Assembly (NCBI GenBank): GCA_965200315.1
Contig: OZ241362.1
Coordinates: 2,560,001 to 2,624,000 of the forward strand
Reading direction: 5' to 3'
Length of the DNA: 64,000 nucleotides
From: Candidatus Latescibacterota bacterium
GTDB taxonomy: Bacteria > Latescibacterota > UBA2968 > UBA8231
Position 1 is the stretch's first letter. Each line of letters begins with the position of its first letter. The position numbers were made by a program, and so were the translations under genes. Below the pieces are notes generated by a model. That model searched no databases, had not been told where the DNA came from, and was given only the letters and a program-made list of their open reading frames with translations. Positions 9,377-19,080 of the stretch are shown piece after piece.

Positions 9377-10942
9377 ATGTTAAAGGTGAAAACCGAAGCG
9401 GGACAGACGGCCAAGCGCAAACTGCCCATCGGCATTCAGACCTTTCGCAAAATCCGCGAGGACCCCTGCTACTACGTCGATAAGACCGCCTACATAGCGC
9501 GGTTAGTCGCCGAGGGCACCCACTACTTTCTGTCGCGCCCGCGTCGCTTTGGCAAGAGCCTGTTTCTCGATACGATCAAGGAACTGTTCGAGGGCAACGA
9601 GCCTTTGTTTAAGGGGCTGGCCATTTACGACCAGTGGGATTGGTCGGTGCGCCATCCGGTGCTGCGGCTGAGCTTTGGCAGCGGCAATTTCAAGGAGCCG
9701 GGCAATCTGCACAAGGAGACGATGGCCCAATTGGGTGCCATAGAGAAAGTTGACGGCTGCGACACTGCACCGGCTTACTTTCGGCATTTGCTTAGGACGC
9801 TGCATCAACGGACCGGGCAGCCAGTAGCGGTGCTAGTCGACGAGTACGACAAGCCGATTCTCGACGCGCTGGAGGCGCCAGAAGTCGCCCGCGCCAACCT
9901 CGACTACTTGCGCGGATTGTACGCGACCATTAAGGATAGCGACGCGCACATCGCGTTTACCTTCCTCACTGGGGTAAGCAAATTCTCCAAAGTCAGCTTG
10001 TTCTCCGGCCTCAACAACCTCATTGACCTCACCTTGGACCCGCACTACTCCGCTATCTGCGGCTATACCGAGGCAGACTTGGACGCGGTGTTCGCCCCAG
10101 AGTTGCCCGGCTTGGACCGCGACGCCATCCGCGCTTGGTACAACGGCTACAACTGGTTGGGCGAAGAGGCCGTGTACAACCCATTTGATGTCCTGCTGCT
10201 GTTTCGACGACGCGCCTTTGCCGCCTACTGGTTTGAGACAGGTACGCCGACGTTTCTGCTCGAGACGTTGGTGGCACGCGGCGTCAGTGCCCTCGCCTTA
10301 GACGACATGCTCGGCAGCGACGAATTGTTGTCGGCCTTTGACGTGGATCACATTGCGACCGAGGCGCTGCTGTTCCAGACCGGCTATCTGACCATCCGCC
10401 GCACCGAGCTACGCGGCGGGGAGTTATACTACCGGCTGGGCTACCCCAACCGCGAGGTGCAGCAAAGCCTGAACAAGAGCCTGCTGAATCACCTGACGGG
10501 CAACCCCTCGCGCCAAGTTGAGCACAACGCCCGGCTGTACGACCTGCTGCTAGTCAACGACTTCGACAGCTTGAAAACGCTGTTCGAGGCGTTTTTTGCC
10601 AGCATTCCGTATCAGTGGCATACCAACAACGAGATCGCCAACTACGAGGGCTATTACGCCAGCGTGTTCTATTCCTACTTTGCGTCGCTGGGGCTGGCCA
10701 TCACCGTGGAGGACAGCAGCCGAGCGGGTCGCTTGGACATGGCGGTCCTGTTCAATGGAAATGTGTACCTGTTTGAGTTCAAGGTAGTGAGACAGATGTC
10801 CAAGGGGGCGGCACTGCAGCAGCTAAAGGCGCGGGATTACGCGGCCAAGTATCGCGGACGAGGCGAGCCGATTTACCTGATCGGAGTGGAGTTCAGTCGC
10901 AAGAGTCGCACCTTGGCGGCTTTTGAGGTCGAGCGCGTATGA
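9377..10942 (+). CDS. AAA-like ATPase with C-terminal PD-(D/E)XK nuclease domain, copy 1
   Basis: LPIGIQTF, YYVDKT, SRPRRFGKSL, LVDEYDKP, TGVSKFSK, YNPFD, YWFETGTP, GRLD...FEFK. Start ATG 9377 with GGAG SD. Confidence 0.92.
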   Translation: MLKVKTEAGQTAKRKLPIGIQTFRKIREDPCYYVDKTAYIARLVAEGTHYFLSRPRRFGKSLFLDTIKELFEGNEPLFKGLAIYDQWDWSVRHPVLRLSFGSGNFKEPGNLHKETMAQLGAIEKVDGCDTAPAYFRHLLRTLHQRTGQPVAVLVDEYDKPILDALEAPEVARANLDYLRGLYATIKDSDAHIAFTFLTGVSKFSKVSLFSGLNNLIDLTLDPHYSAICGYTEADLDAVFAPELPGLDRDAIRAWYNGYNWLGEEAVYNPFDVLLLFRRRAFAAYWFETGTPTFLLETLVARGVSALALDDMLGSDELLSAFDVDHIATEALLFQTGYLTIRRTELRGGELYYRLGYPNREVQQSLNKSLLNHLTGNPSRQVEHNARLYDLLLVNDFDSLKTLFEAFFASIPYQWHTNNEIANYEGYYASVFYSYFASLGLAITVEDSSRAGRLDMAVLFNGNVYLFEFKVVRQMSKGAALQQLKARDYAAKYRGRGEPIYLIGVEFSRKSRTLAAFEVERV

Positions 10943-11006
10943 GCATCAGTCCCATAATCCCCTAGTACGCTAACTATTCCGTTGGCCGGGATGTGGAGTA
11001 AGCCCC

Positions 11007-12569
11007 ATGCTACAAGGACAGACGACCAAGCGCAAACTACCCATCGGCATTCAGACCTTCCGCGAGATTCGCCAAGACAATTGCTACTACGTCGATAAGA
11101 CCGCCTACATAAGGCGGTTGGTCGCCGAGGGCAAACACTACTTTCTGTCGCGCCCGCGTCGCTTTGGCAAGAGCCTGTTTCTCGATACGATCAAGGAACT
11201 GTTCGAGGGCAACGAGCCTTTGTTTAAGGGGCTGGCCATTCACGATGGGTGGGATTGGGCGGTGCGCCATCCCGTGCTGCGGCTTGACTTCAGCAGCGGC
11301 AACTTCAAGGAGCCAAGCTACCTGCACAAGGATGTGATGGCCCAGCTAGACGCTATGGAGAGCGAGGCGGCGGTCACTGCCAGCTACGACACCTCACCAG
11401 CCCGCTTGCGACATTTGATGAAGGCACTGCATCAGCGTACCGGCCAGCGGGTGGCCATGCTAATTGACGAGTACGACAAGCCGATTCTCGACGCGCTGGA
11501 GGCGCCAGAAGTCGCCCGCGCCAACCGCGACTACTTGCGCGGGCTGTATGCGACCATCAAGTTCGGCGACGCGCACATCGCGTTTACTTTCCTCACCGGC
11601 GTGAGCAAGTTTTCCAAAGTCAGCTTGTTCTCCGGCCTCAACAACCTCATTGACCTCACCTTAGAGCCGAGCTATTCTGCCATTTGCGGCTACACCGAGG
11701 CAGACTTGGACGCGGTGTTCGCCCCAGAGTTGCCCGGCTTGGACCGCGACGCCATCCGCGCTTGGTACAACGGCTACAACTGGTTGGGCGAAGAGGCCGT
11801 GTACAACCCATTTGATGTCCTGCTGCTGTTTCGACGACGCGCCTTTGCCGCCTACTGGTTTGAGACAGGTACGCCGACGTTTCTGCTCGAGACGTTGGTG
11901 GCACGCGGCGTCAGCGCCCTCGCCTTAGACGACATGCTCGGCAGCGACGAATTGCTGTCGGCGTTTGACGTGGATCACATTGCGACCGAGGCGCTACTGT
12001 TCCAGACCGGCTATCTGACCATTCGCCGCATTGAGTCGCGCGGCGGGGAGCTATACTACCGGCTGGGCTACCCCAACCGCGAGGTGCAGCAAAGCCTGAA
12101 CAAGAGCCTGCTGAATCACCTGACGGGCAACCCCTCGCGCCAAGTTGAGCACAACGCCCGGCTGTACGACCTGCTGCTGGTCAACGACTTCGACAGCTTG
12201 AAAACGCTGTTCGAGGCGTTTTTTGCCAGCATTCCGTATCAGTGGCATACCAACAACGAGATCGCCAACTACGAGGGCTATTACGCCAGCGTGTTCTATT
12301 CCTACTTCGCGTCGCTGGGGCTGGCCATCACCGTGGAGGACAGCAGCCGAGCGGGTCGCTTGGACATGGCGGTCCTGTTCAATGAGAATGTATACCTGTT
12401 TGAGCTCAAGGTAGTGGAACAAGCGTCGGCGGGGGCGGCCATCAAGCAGTTGAAGGAGCGCGACTACGCAGCCAAGTATCGCGGGCGAGCCGAGCCGATT
12501 TACCTAATCGGAGTGGAGTTCAGTCGCAAGAGTCGCACCTTGGCGGCTTTTGAGGTCGAGCGCGTATGA
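11007..12569 (+). CDS. AAA-like ATPase with C-terminal PD-(D/E)XK nuclease domain, copy 2
   Basis: Same motifs as copy 1; long near-identical DNA blocks, including the upstream ccgttggccggg.tgtggagtaa leader. Confidence 0.92.
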   Translation: MLQGQTTKRKLPIGIQTFREIRQDNCYYVDKTAYIRRLVAEGKHYFLSRPRRFGKSLFLDTIKELFEGNEPLFKGLAIHDGWDWAVRHPVLRLDFSSGNFKEPSYLHKDVMAQLDAMESEAAVTASYDTSPARLRHLMKALHQRTGQRVAMLIDEYDKPILDALEAPEVARANRDYLRGLYATIKFGDAHIAFTFLTGVSKFSKVSLFSGLNNLIDLTLEPSYSAICGYTEADLDAVFAPELPGLDRDAIRAWYNGYNWLGEEAVYNPFDVLLLFRRRAFAAYWFETGTPTFLLETLVARGVSALALDDMLGSDELLSAFDVDHIATEALLFQTGYLTIRRIESRGGELYYRLGYPNREVQQSLNKSLLNHLTGNPSRQVEHNARLYDLLLVNDFDSLKTLFEAFFASIPYQWHTNNEIANYEGYYASVFYSYFASLGLAITVEDSSRAGRLDMAVLFNENVYLFELKVVEQASAGAAIKQLKERDYAAKYRGRAEPIYLIGVEFSRKSRTLAAFEVERV

Positions 12570-12577
12570 ATGTCGGA

Positions 12578-12598
12578 TAGCACCTGTTGCACTGCCGC
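12578..12598 (+). repeat. Right copy of the 21-bp imperfect direct repeat
   Basis: Matches 9234-9254 at 19 of 21 positions. Confidence 0.7.
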
Positions 12599-12623
12599 CG
12601 CTAAAAACCTATCGTAGCCAACC

Positions 12624-13637
12624 ATGTCCAACACACCTACCATCCAAACCACAACCGTCGGCTCCTACCCCGTCCCAGACTGGCTTCAAGCCCTGCCCTC
12701 CGAGCAGGCCCTCGTCGATGCCACTCGCGTGGTGTTCGACACCCAGTGCCAAGCCGGCATCGACCTGCCCACCGACGGCGAGCTATACCGCTTCGACATC
12801 AACCACCCAGACACCAACGGCATGATCGAGTACTTCGTCCGGCCCATGGGCGGCACCCGCACGGAATTTGGCCGGCGCGAGCGAGAGGAGTTCGCTGCCA
12901 GACAAAGCATGGGCTTCCGCGCCAAGCCCGCGGCCGTGGTCGAAGCCGAACTCGGCGCGGGTAGCCTCGACCTGCTCGCCGACTGCACCCGCACCGCCGC
13001 CGTGGCCGGTGGCCCCTTCAAGTTTACCCTGACCAGCCCCTACATGCTGGCCCGCACCCTCCTCGATCATCACTACGGCGACTTTGAGACCCTACTGATG
13101 GCCGTTGCCCACGTCCTCGCCGACCAAGTCCGCGGCCTGCCCTGCACCTGCGTCCAAATCGACGAGGCCAACATCCCCGGCAACCCAGCCGACGGCCCCC
13201 TCGCGGCCCGCGCCATCAACGCCGTGCTCGACGGCATCGACGCGGATACCCAAAAGGCCGTCCACTTCTGCTTTGGCAACTACGGCGGCCAGACCATCCA
13301 GCAGGGCGAGTGGCGCACCCTGCTCGACTTTCTCAACGAGCTGTACGCCGATCACTTGGTGCTCGAACTCGCCCACCGCCCAGCGAGCGACCTAAGCGCC
13401 CTGCAACAAATCGACCCGCGCATCGGCATCGGCATTGGCGTGATCGACATCAAAGTCAACCACATCGAGACCGCCGAAGAGATCGCTCGCCGCATAGAAG
13501 CCGCCGTTGTCGCCGCCGGGCCCGACCGCATCCGCTTCATCCACCCAGACTGCGGCTTTTGGATGCTCAAACGCTCCATCGCCGACCGCAAGATCGCAGC
13601 ACTGGCCGAAGGGCGGGATTTGTACTTGGGGACTTAA
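12624..13637 (+). CDS. Cobalamin-independent methionine synthase II family (C-terminal-domain-only MetE-like)
   Basis: TTTVGSYP, TDGELYR, QIDE, zinc ligands HFCFGNY / LE / HPDCGF. Confidence 0.9.
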   Translation: MSNTPTIQTTTVGSYPVPDWLQALPSEQALVDATRVVFDTQCQAGIDLPTDGELYRFDINHPDTNGMIEYFVRPMGGTRTEFGRREREEFAARQSMGFRAKPAAVVEAELGAGSLDLLADCTRTAAVAGGPFKFTLTSPYMLARTLLDHHYGDFETLLMAVAHVLADQVRGLPCTCVQIDEANIPGNPADGPLAARAINAVLDGIDADTQKAVHFCFGNYGGQTIQQGEWRTLLDFLNELYADHLVLELAHRPASDLSALQQIDPRIGIGIGVIDIKVNHIETAEEIARRIEAAVVAAGPDRIRFIHPDCGFWMLKRSIADRKIAALAEGRDLYLGT

Positions 13638-13661
13638 GTAGGAATTACTCGGGGCCAATTC

Positions 13662-14015
13662 TCAGGCCCAACTCAACGCGCCAGAATCTCCCAGTCCGTA
13701 GTCTGCAGAATATCGCGCCGATGGGCTTCCTTCAGTTCCAGATCGTAGCGGCCCATTGGATTGCAGTCGTCGCGCAGCATGATGGCCGGCACCCCCTCGT
13801 CGCAGGAAAACTGCCTGACAGGTGGAGATTCCCTCTTGGGCAAAAGGGTGGATCATCTCGCCAGCGAATGGGTCCGACGGAAAAGTCGCCTTGTCGCCGA
13901 AGTAAGCCAACACCACGACGTCCCCCCACTCGCTTTCGTCCAGATCGACAGCACACTGAAATTTCGTATCGCTATGAGCAAAAGTACCGTCGCTAAATGC
14001 GTCTGGATAACTCAA
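13662..14015 (-). pseudogene. Probable frameshifted hypothetical gene
   Basis: The ORF is protein-like up to ...HPFAQEGISTC; a second frame continues QFSCDEGVPAIMLRDDCNPMGRYDLELKEAHRRDILQTTDWEILAR*. Confidence 0.35.
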
Positions 14016-14021
14016 CAGCTT

Positions 14022-14756
14022 CTAAGGGCTAGTGCGGCGCATAATACTGAGGAGCTGGCCGGTCATGCCACTGGCCGGGGGTTGTGCGGCGAGGAAAAGC
14101 GCCGCGGCAACGACCTGTTCTGGTTCCTTCCACGGGTCGCTTGCAGCGCGAAAGCTGCTCGCCTTCTGCCAAGAAGGTTTTGACAGTTCCGTCTTAACCG
14201 GGCCGGGTATGAGAACGTTGGCGATGATGCCCTCGCTCCACACTTCTTCTGCAATGGCTTGGGTCAACCCGTGCAAGGCCGCTTTGGACGCGCAATAGAC
14301 GCTCAGCTCCGCGTGGCCGACCTGGCCCATGCCGGAGCCGACGTTGATGATGTTCCCGCTGCCCTGCCGCTGCATAATGGGCAATACCGCGCGGCAACAG
14401 CGGACGACAGCCATGACGTTAATTTGCCACGCCTGCTCCCACTCTTTATCCGTCGCGTCTAAAAACAGTCCGCGCGGATTGATGCCGGCGTTGTTGACGA
14501 GAATATCGATCCGACCGAACCGCTCTACTGTTTTCTGCACGAGGCGTTCCACCGCTGCGCTCACCCGCAGATCGGTCGGCACAGCTAAGGCTTCACCGCC
14601 CTGCGCGGCAATCGCCGCGGCGACTTCGTCGAGCTGTGCCGTGCTGCGCGCAGCCATGGCAACCTGCGCACCCTCGGCAGCGTAGCCCATAGCGATAGCG
14701 CGGCCAATGCCGCGACCCCCGCCCGTGATGAGGGCGACTTTGTCTTTGAGCTGCAT
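14022..14756 (-). CDS. SDR family NAD(P)-dependent oxidoreductase
   Basis: TGGGRGIG, NNAG and YCASK motifs. Confidence 0.93.
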   Translation of the reverse strand: MQLKDKVALITGGGRGIGRAIAMGYAAEGAQVAMAARSTAQLDEVAAAIAAQGGEALAVPTDLRVSAAVERLVQKTVERFGRIDILVNNAGINPRGLFLDATDKEWEQAWQINVMAVVRCCRAVLPIMQRQGSGNIINVGSGMGQVGHAELSVYCASKAALHGLTQAIAEEVWSEGIIANVLIPGPVKTELSKPSWQKASSFRAASDPWKEPEQVVAAALFLAAQPPASGMTGQLLSIMRRTSP

Positions 14757-14763
14757 AGTTGAA

Positions 14764-15735
14764 CTATCCGCGCAAGTAGCCGGCGACCTCTTTAGCGAAA
14801 TAAGTCAAGATCATATCCGCGCCGGCCCGCTTGATCCCTGTCAACACCTCCATAATGGCCTGCTCGCGCTGGACCCACCCCCGCTCCACAGCCGCCACAA
14901 TCATCCCGTACTCGCCGGATACATTGTACGCGGCAATCGGCACGTCAAAGGCTTGGCGGGCCGCGGCGATTACGTCGAGATAGGCCAGCGCCGGCTTGAC
15001 CATCACCACATCGGCCCCTTCCTCAATGTCGAGCGCGATCTCCACAAGTGCCTCGCGGCCATTGGCCGGGTCCATCTGATAGGTCTTCTTGTCGCCCTTC
15101 TTGGGTGCCGACTGGAGCGCGCAGCGGAACGGGCCGTAAAAGCACGAGGCGTATTTAGCCGAATACGCCAAGATGCCGACGTTTTTATAACCAGCCGCGT
15201 CGAGTGCCCGGCGGATGCCCCCGACCCGGCCGTCCATCATGTCTGAGGGCGCGACCCAATCGACGCCGGCTTCGGCGTGCGACAGGGCCATCTTGCACAG
15301 CACCTCTATGGTCTCGTCGTTTACTACCTCGCCATCGACGACCAAACCGTCGTGGCCGTGGTGGGTGTAGGGGTCGAGGGCCACATCGGTCTGCACGCAG
15401 AGTTCGGGCACCGCGGCCTTGAGGCTGCGGATCGCTCGTTGGATCAGGCCCTGCGGGTCGTAGGACTGGGTCGCCTGATCGTCTTTTTCGTTCGAGTAGC
15501 CGAAGATATTGACCGCCGGGATGCCCAACGCCCCCAGCTCGCGGCACTCATCGACTAGCTCGTCAACCGAGAAGCGATATTGGCCGGGCATGTCGTCGAT
15601 GGGTGCGCGCGTTTTTTCGCCTTCGGTGACAAACAGCGGGCAGATCAGGTCATCGACTCGCAAGTGGGTCTCGCGCACCAAGCTGCGCACGGCTTCTGAG
15701 CGCCTGAGTCGTCGGGGCCTCTTGGTCAATTCCAC
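14764..15735 (-). CDS. hemB: Porphobilinogen synthase (Asp-rich, non-Cys metal site)
   Basis: RPRRLRR, DVALDPYTHHGHDG, APSDMMDGR, YSAKYAS, DKKTYQMD, MVKPA and YNVSGEY motifs. Confidence 0.97.
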   Translation of the reverse strand: MELTKRPRRLRRSEAVRSLVRETHLRVDDLICPLFVTEGEKTRAPIDDMPGQYRFSVDELVDECRELGALGIPAVNIFGYSNEKDDQATQSYDPQGLIQRAIRSLKAAVPELCVQTDVALDPYTHHGHDGLVVDGEVVNDETIEVLCKMALSHAEAGVDWVAPSDMMDGRVGGIRRALDAAGYKNVGILAYSAKYASCFYGPFRCALQSAPKKGDKKTYQMDPANGREALVEIALDIEEGADVVMVKPALAYLDVIAAARQAFDVPIAAYNVSGEYGMIVAAVERGWVQREQAIMEVLTGIKRAGADMILTYFAKEVAGYLRG

Positions 15736-15796
15736 GGCAATCTCCTAGTCAAATTTCTCTTCAAGCAGACGGGATAGATCGGGGTTATCACACAGA

Positions 15797-15892
15797 CTCA
15801 GTACGCGACACTGCGGTCTTAGCTGGGACCCGCGTGGACGGGTCAGGGACTGCGGAGAAAACGCGTCCGCAGAGTGGGGGTCGTGTACTGAG
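15797..15892. mobile_element. 96-bp MITE-like palindromic element
   Basis: 13-bp terminal IR ctcagtacgcgac / gtcgtgtactgag (1 mismatch); flanks cacacaga / cacgcaga (8-bp duplication, 1 mismatch); two internal hairpins. Confidence 0.65.
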
Positions 15893-16038
15893 CACGCAGA
15901 TTAATGTCAAAAAATGGCCTAGCGGAAGCAATCTAGTCGCGGGGTTTCAGAGAAAGGGGGCCAAGGTCTTCATCCGCTTCCCAGACTAGGCACAACGTCG
16001 ATTCAGCGGACGAAAAATCCATCGCCGATCAACCGCGC

Positions 16039-17334
16039 TCACAGATAAAGCTTCAGCAACTCGTCCTCTGTCTTTTCGCACCATGCTCGCAGGCGATGGC
16101 GATGATCGTCGAGCACATCCTTGAACCGCACGTTGACGGCGAGGTTGACCATTTCGCCCGGATCTGTTTGCAGATCGACGAGCTGTTCGCGGTAGCGACC
16201 CATGGGATAGGCGCTGTATTTGTAGCGGTCAGTGAGCACGGCGCACGAAGCACCGCTACCGCCTGGTCCCATGCCAATGTCCATGATGGTTGCAACGACG
16301 AGTTCCCTGCGCCAATCGTCGGGCGCGTTGCCCTCGGCAAGCGGTCGCAAGCTCAGCCCTTCGAGGCCATCGGGAACGCTCGCACCGCCAACATCGCATA
16401 GTGTGGGCAGCAAGTCGAGACCGAGGGAGACCAGATGGGTATTATCAACGCCACCAGCTCGCGTGCTCCCTTTGTGACTGATGATAAACGGAACGTTGAT
16501 GACTTCCTCGTAGAGGCTGGTTTTTTGATTCCAGTTGTGTGCGCCGTGTCCGTCGCCGTGGTCGGAGGTGAAGATGATATAGGTCTCTTCTTCGAGGCCG
16601 AGGTCGCGCAGGCCACTGAGCAGCACACCGATTTCAGCATCAACTTTTTCGCACAGGCGATAGTAGTAAAATCGCAGCCGTCGCCAGTCGTCTTCTGTGT
16701 ATTCGGTGGTGGGATAGACTCGGCGGTTAGCCTGCCGCAGCATCTGCAGGATGTCGGGTGAATAAGGTGGGATGGCGAAGTTTGCGGGCAGATTTGGGCA
16801 TTCTTCTACCGTGGCCGGTTCCGGCACCGGGCCTTGCGGCAGGGGCTGATTGCGGGCGACTTGGCAGATGTCGTGGGGGTTGAGGAAGGACGCGAAAAGG
16901 AAGAAGGGATTGTCGCGGTCGCGCTGCATGAATTCGATGGAGCGCAGCGGCACCTCGTCGTCGCGACTGCCGCAGATGACTTCGAGCCCGCTTTCTTCGG
17001 GCGTGGTGCCGGGGACGTGCCATTTGCCAGAAAGGGCGCAATCGTACCCCGCGTCGGCGAGGAAGTTGCCGAGCGTTCGGCCTCTGTATCCGGGCTTGAT
17101 GGGTGTGTTGTTGCTGATCGCGCCATTTTGATGGGGAAAAAGACCAGTCATAAAGCTGGCGCGCTGGGGGCCACACAAGGGATGCGTACAATAGGCGCGA
17201 GTGAACCGTACCCCTGTTTCGGCGAGGCTGTCCATATTGGGAGTGTACACGTCGGGGTTGCCGGCGCAGGACATGGCCCCGGCGTATTGCTGGTCCGTGA
17301 TGATGAAGAGAACATTGGGACGGCGTTTTGGCAT
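16039..17334 (-). CDS. Sulfatase (Cys-type, formylglycine-dependent)
   Basis: RPNVLFIITDQQ, CGPQRAS (CxPxR), GKWH, NPHD and FTSDHGD motifs. Start ATG 17334. Confidence 0.93.
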   Translation of the reverse strand: MPKRRPNVLFIITDQQYAGAMSCAGNPDVYTPNMDSLAETGVRFTRAYCTHPLCGPQRASFMTGLFPHQNGAISNNTPIKPGYRGRTLGNFLADAGYDCALSGKWHVPGTTPEESGLEVICGSRDDEVPLRSIEFMQRDRDNPFFLFASFLNPHDICQVARNQPLPQGPVPEPATVEECPNLPANFAIPPYSPDILQMLRQANRRVYPTTEYTEDDWRRLRFYYYRLCEKVDAEIGVLLSGLRDLGLEEETYIIFTSDHGDGHGAHNWNQKTSLYEEVINVPFIISHKGSTRAGGVDNTHLVSLGLDLLPTLCDVGGASVPDGLEGLSLRPLAEGNAPDDWRRELVVATIMDIGMGPGGSGASCAVLTDRYKYSAYPMGRYREQLVDLQTDPGEMVNLAVNVRFKDVLDDHRHRLRAWCEKTEDELLKLYL

Positions 17335-17412
17335 ACTTGGTCCTTGCTCCTTTATAGGCTTCAGGCGGAAGGCGAAAAATACGAATGAGCAGATGGAACG
17401 TCCAACGCCGAA

Positions 17413-17440
17413 GTAACAAAACGCCCTCGGCATCGTTCTA
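17413..17440 (+). promoter_or_regulatory. ECF-sigma-type promoter candidate
   Basis: GTAAC (17413-17417), 16 bp, CGTTCTA (17434-17440); matches the general ECF AAC/CGT pattern and lies directly upstream of the anti-sigma-like gene. Confidence 0.5.
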
Positions 17441-17476
17441 TAAGCGTGTGCACACACCTGACATCATGGAGACGCA

Positions 17477-18505
17477 ATGCACTTAGAACAGGCGGTTGAA
17501 AAATTCGGGCCGCTGGTCATGTTTGAACACAAACTCATCGAATACCTCGACGGCGAACTGTCCGACGCCGAAAAGCGGGAAGTAGAGGAGTACCTACAGG
17601 CCCATCCCGAAGCCATCGAGCTCAAAGGCGATTTCTCCCTGCTGTGCGCGGCCGGAAAATCAATCCGCGAGTCCAATTTTCCTGCGGATTTGCTCTTGGA
17701 AGCCAACCGCAAGCTCGCCGCTCGCCTAGCCGATTCGCGTCAAGAGCATGTGGCTTCCGCTCCCGTCGCGTCTTACAATGGATCACCAGAGACCACCCCC
17801 AGCCAGACCTTGCAGTCGAACTGGCGGCGCCGGTTCCGGCCACCCGTACTCGCCGCCGTACTCGCTGCTCTAGCGATCCTCTTCATAGGTGCCGTCACTC
17901 AGAGGGCAGCTCTCGCTGATATTGCCAGCAGCTTACTACAGAGAATCGTGGTAACCTTCAACGACGAATCCCTGTCCGATAGCCAACAGCAGACGTTCGA
18001 CGAGCTTGTTGAGATTACGGAAACCGTAGATGAGAATGGCGAGCAGGTCGTCACCATCAACGTACCCACCGATCAAATCCTCCAAGAACTCGGAGACGAA
18101 GGCGGTGCCCTGAAAGTGAGGGTCATCGGCGAGCAAATCAGTGAAGCTGAAGTAGAAAGCACCAACGCCTTTCTCGATTCGTTTGAAACCGCACTTACAA
18201 CCGCGCTTCACCGTGATCATGATCATGACATAGATCGGGCTATTACGATCAGCGCAGTAGGGGTGCCTAATACGGTCTTTGAAGGAAACTCCGATTCAAC
18301 AAAGGAAGTAAAGGCTATTTTTCTCGGCGACATCACCAAGCTAAACCTCAATTCGCTAAACCTCGATTCGCTACAAACCGTGTCTGACTCACTAATCGCC
18401 GCAGGTGCCGCGAAGATCGTTTCTCCGTCTCCGGGCGTCATCGAGGACAAGAGCTGGGGCGACATCAAGAAAGCCACCGATTCCACCCCGGACGATTCTC
18501 CCTAA
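17477..18505 (+). CDS. Anti-sigma-factor-like membrane protein with C-terminal SWGDIK motif
   Basis: N-terminal LIEYLDGELSDAEKREVEEYL (anti-sigma domain lacking HxxxCxxC), one TM helix (VLAAVLAALAILFIGAV), acidic extracytoplasmic part, tail PGVIEDKSWGDIKK. Confidence 0.75.
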   Translation: MHLEQAVEKFGPLVMFEHKLIEYLDGELSDAEKREVEEYLQAHPEAIELKGDFSLLCAAGKSIRESNFPADLLLEANRKLAARLADSRQEHVASAPVASYNGSPETTPSQTLQSNWRRRFRPPVLAAVLAALAILFIGAVTQRAALADIASSLLQRIVVTFNDESLSDSQQQTFDELVEITETVDENGEQVVTINVPTDQILQELGDEGGALKVRVIGEQISEAEVESTNAFLDSFETALTTALHRDHDHDIDRAITISAVGVPNTVFEGNSDSTKEVKAIFLGDITKLNLNSLNLDSLQTVSDSLIAAGAAKIVSPSPGVIEDKSWGDIKKATDSTPDDSP

Positions 18506-18545
18506 CCAAGCAGATCGCTCGGTTTTAAGCCGAGCCTTCAAAGAG

Positions 18546-18583
18546 AACGGGCCCTAGGTCGTCATCGACCGGGGCCCGTTTGT
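18546..18583 (+). terminator. Hairpin, probable intrinsic terminator
   Basis: aacgggccc...gtcg-tcat-cgac...gggcccgtt followed by T-rich bases, between convergent genes. Confidence 0.55.
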
Positions 18584-18656
18584 CATCCTGTTTCCTGTAC
18601 GTCGATTCAGCGAACCAAGCACCCAAGGCGATTCCAGCGGATGGAATATCCATCGC

Positions 18657-19054
18657 TTATTGCGTCGCGCCTGTTTGAGGGGATTCAAGCGTTGCGAGTA
18701 TTTCTTCGAGTGTACGGCGCTGTTGTTCGGTACGATCGATTGTCGCATGACCATCGAGGAACTGATGTCCGTAGTAACCAAACTGCGAGTGATTGCCGCC
18801 GACGATTTCGATCCATTGCGTACGTTCTGGAAGATTCTGCTTCGTCGATTCGATCATTTCCACCGTTGCAATACCGTCATTGCTGGCGAAGACCTTCTTT
18901 TTTTCTCGGCGACACCTCCTGCGCGGAATGAATCGTATAGCCAAAGTGTGAATGCAATACCGGCGGCGATCCAGACAATCCGAAAGATCCTCCAGATTCG
19001 CCGTCCAAGTCGCTTCAAAGGCTTAGCGGGAGTTTCAGATTCAGTACGATTCAT
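18657..19054 (-). pseudogene. Alpha/beta hydrolase with internal deletion and frameshift
   Basis: The N-terminal anchor (RIVWIAAGIAFTLWLYDSF) is joined out of frame near 18895 to the C-terminal VFASNDGIA...WIEIVGGNHSQFGYYGHQ..DG. The GxSxG region is missing. Confidence 0.75.
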
Positions 19055-19080
19055 AGCAGCACCATGCAATGTTTTGTTGC

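Noticed and set aside
9377-12569. Possible diversity-generating retroelement template/variable pair in the tandem paralogs
   Set aside because: Mismatches are not adenine-specific, both copies are full genes, and no reverse transcriptase is present.
13662-14015. Programmed frameshift in the small ORF
   Set aside because: No convincing slippery heptamer or known family; simple decay is more parsimonious.
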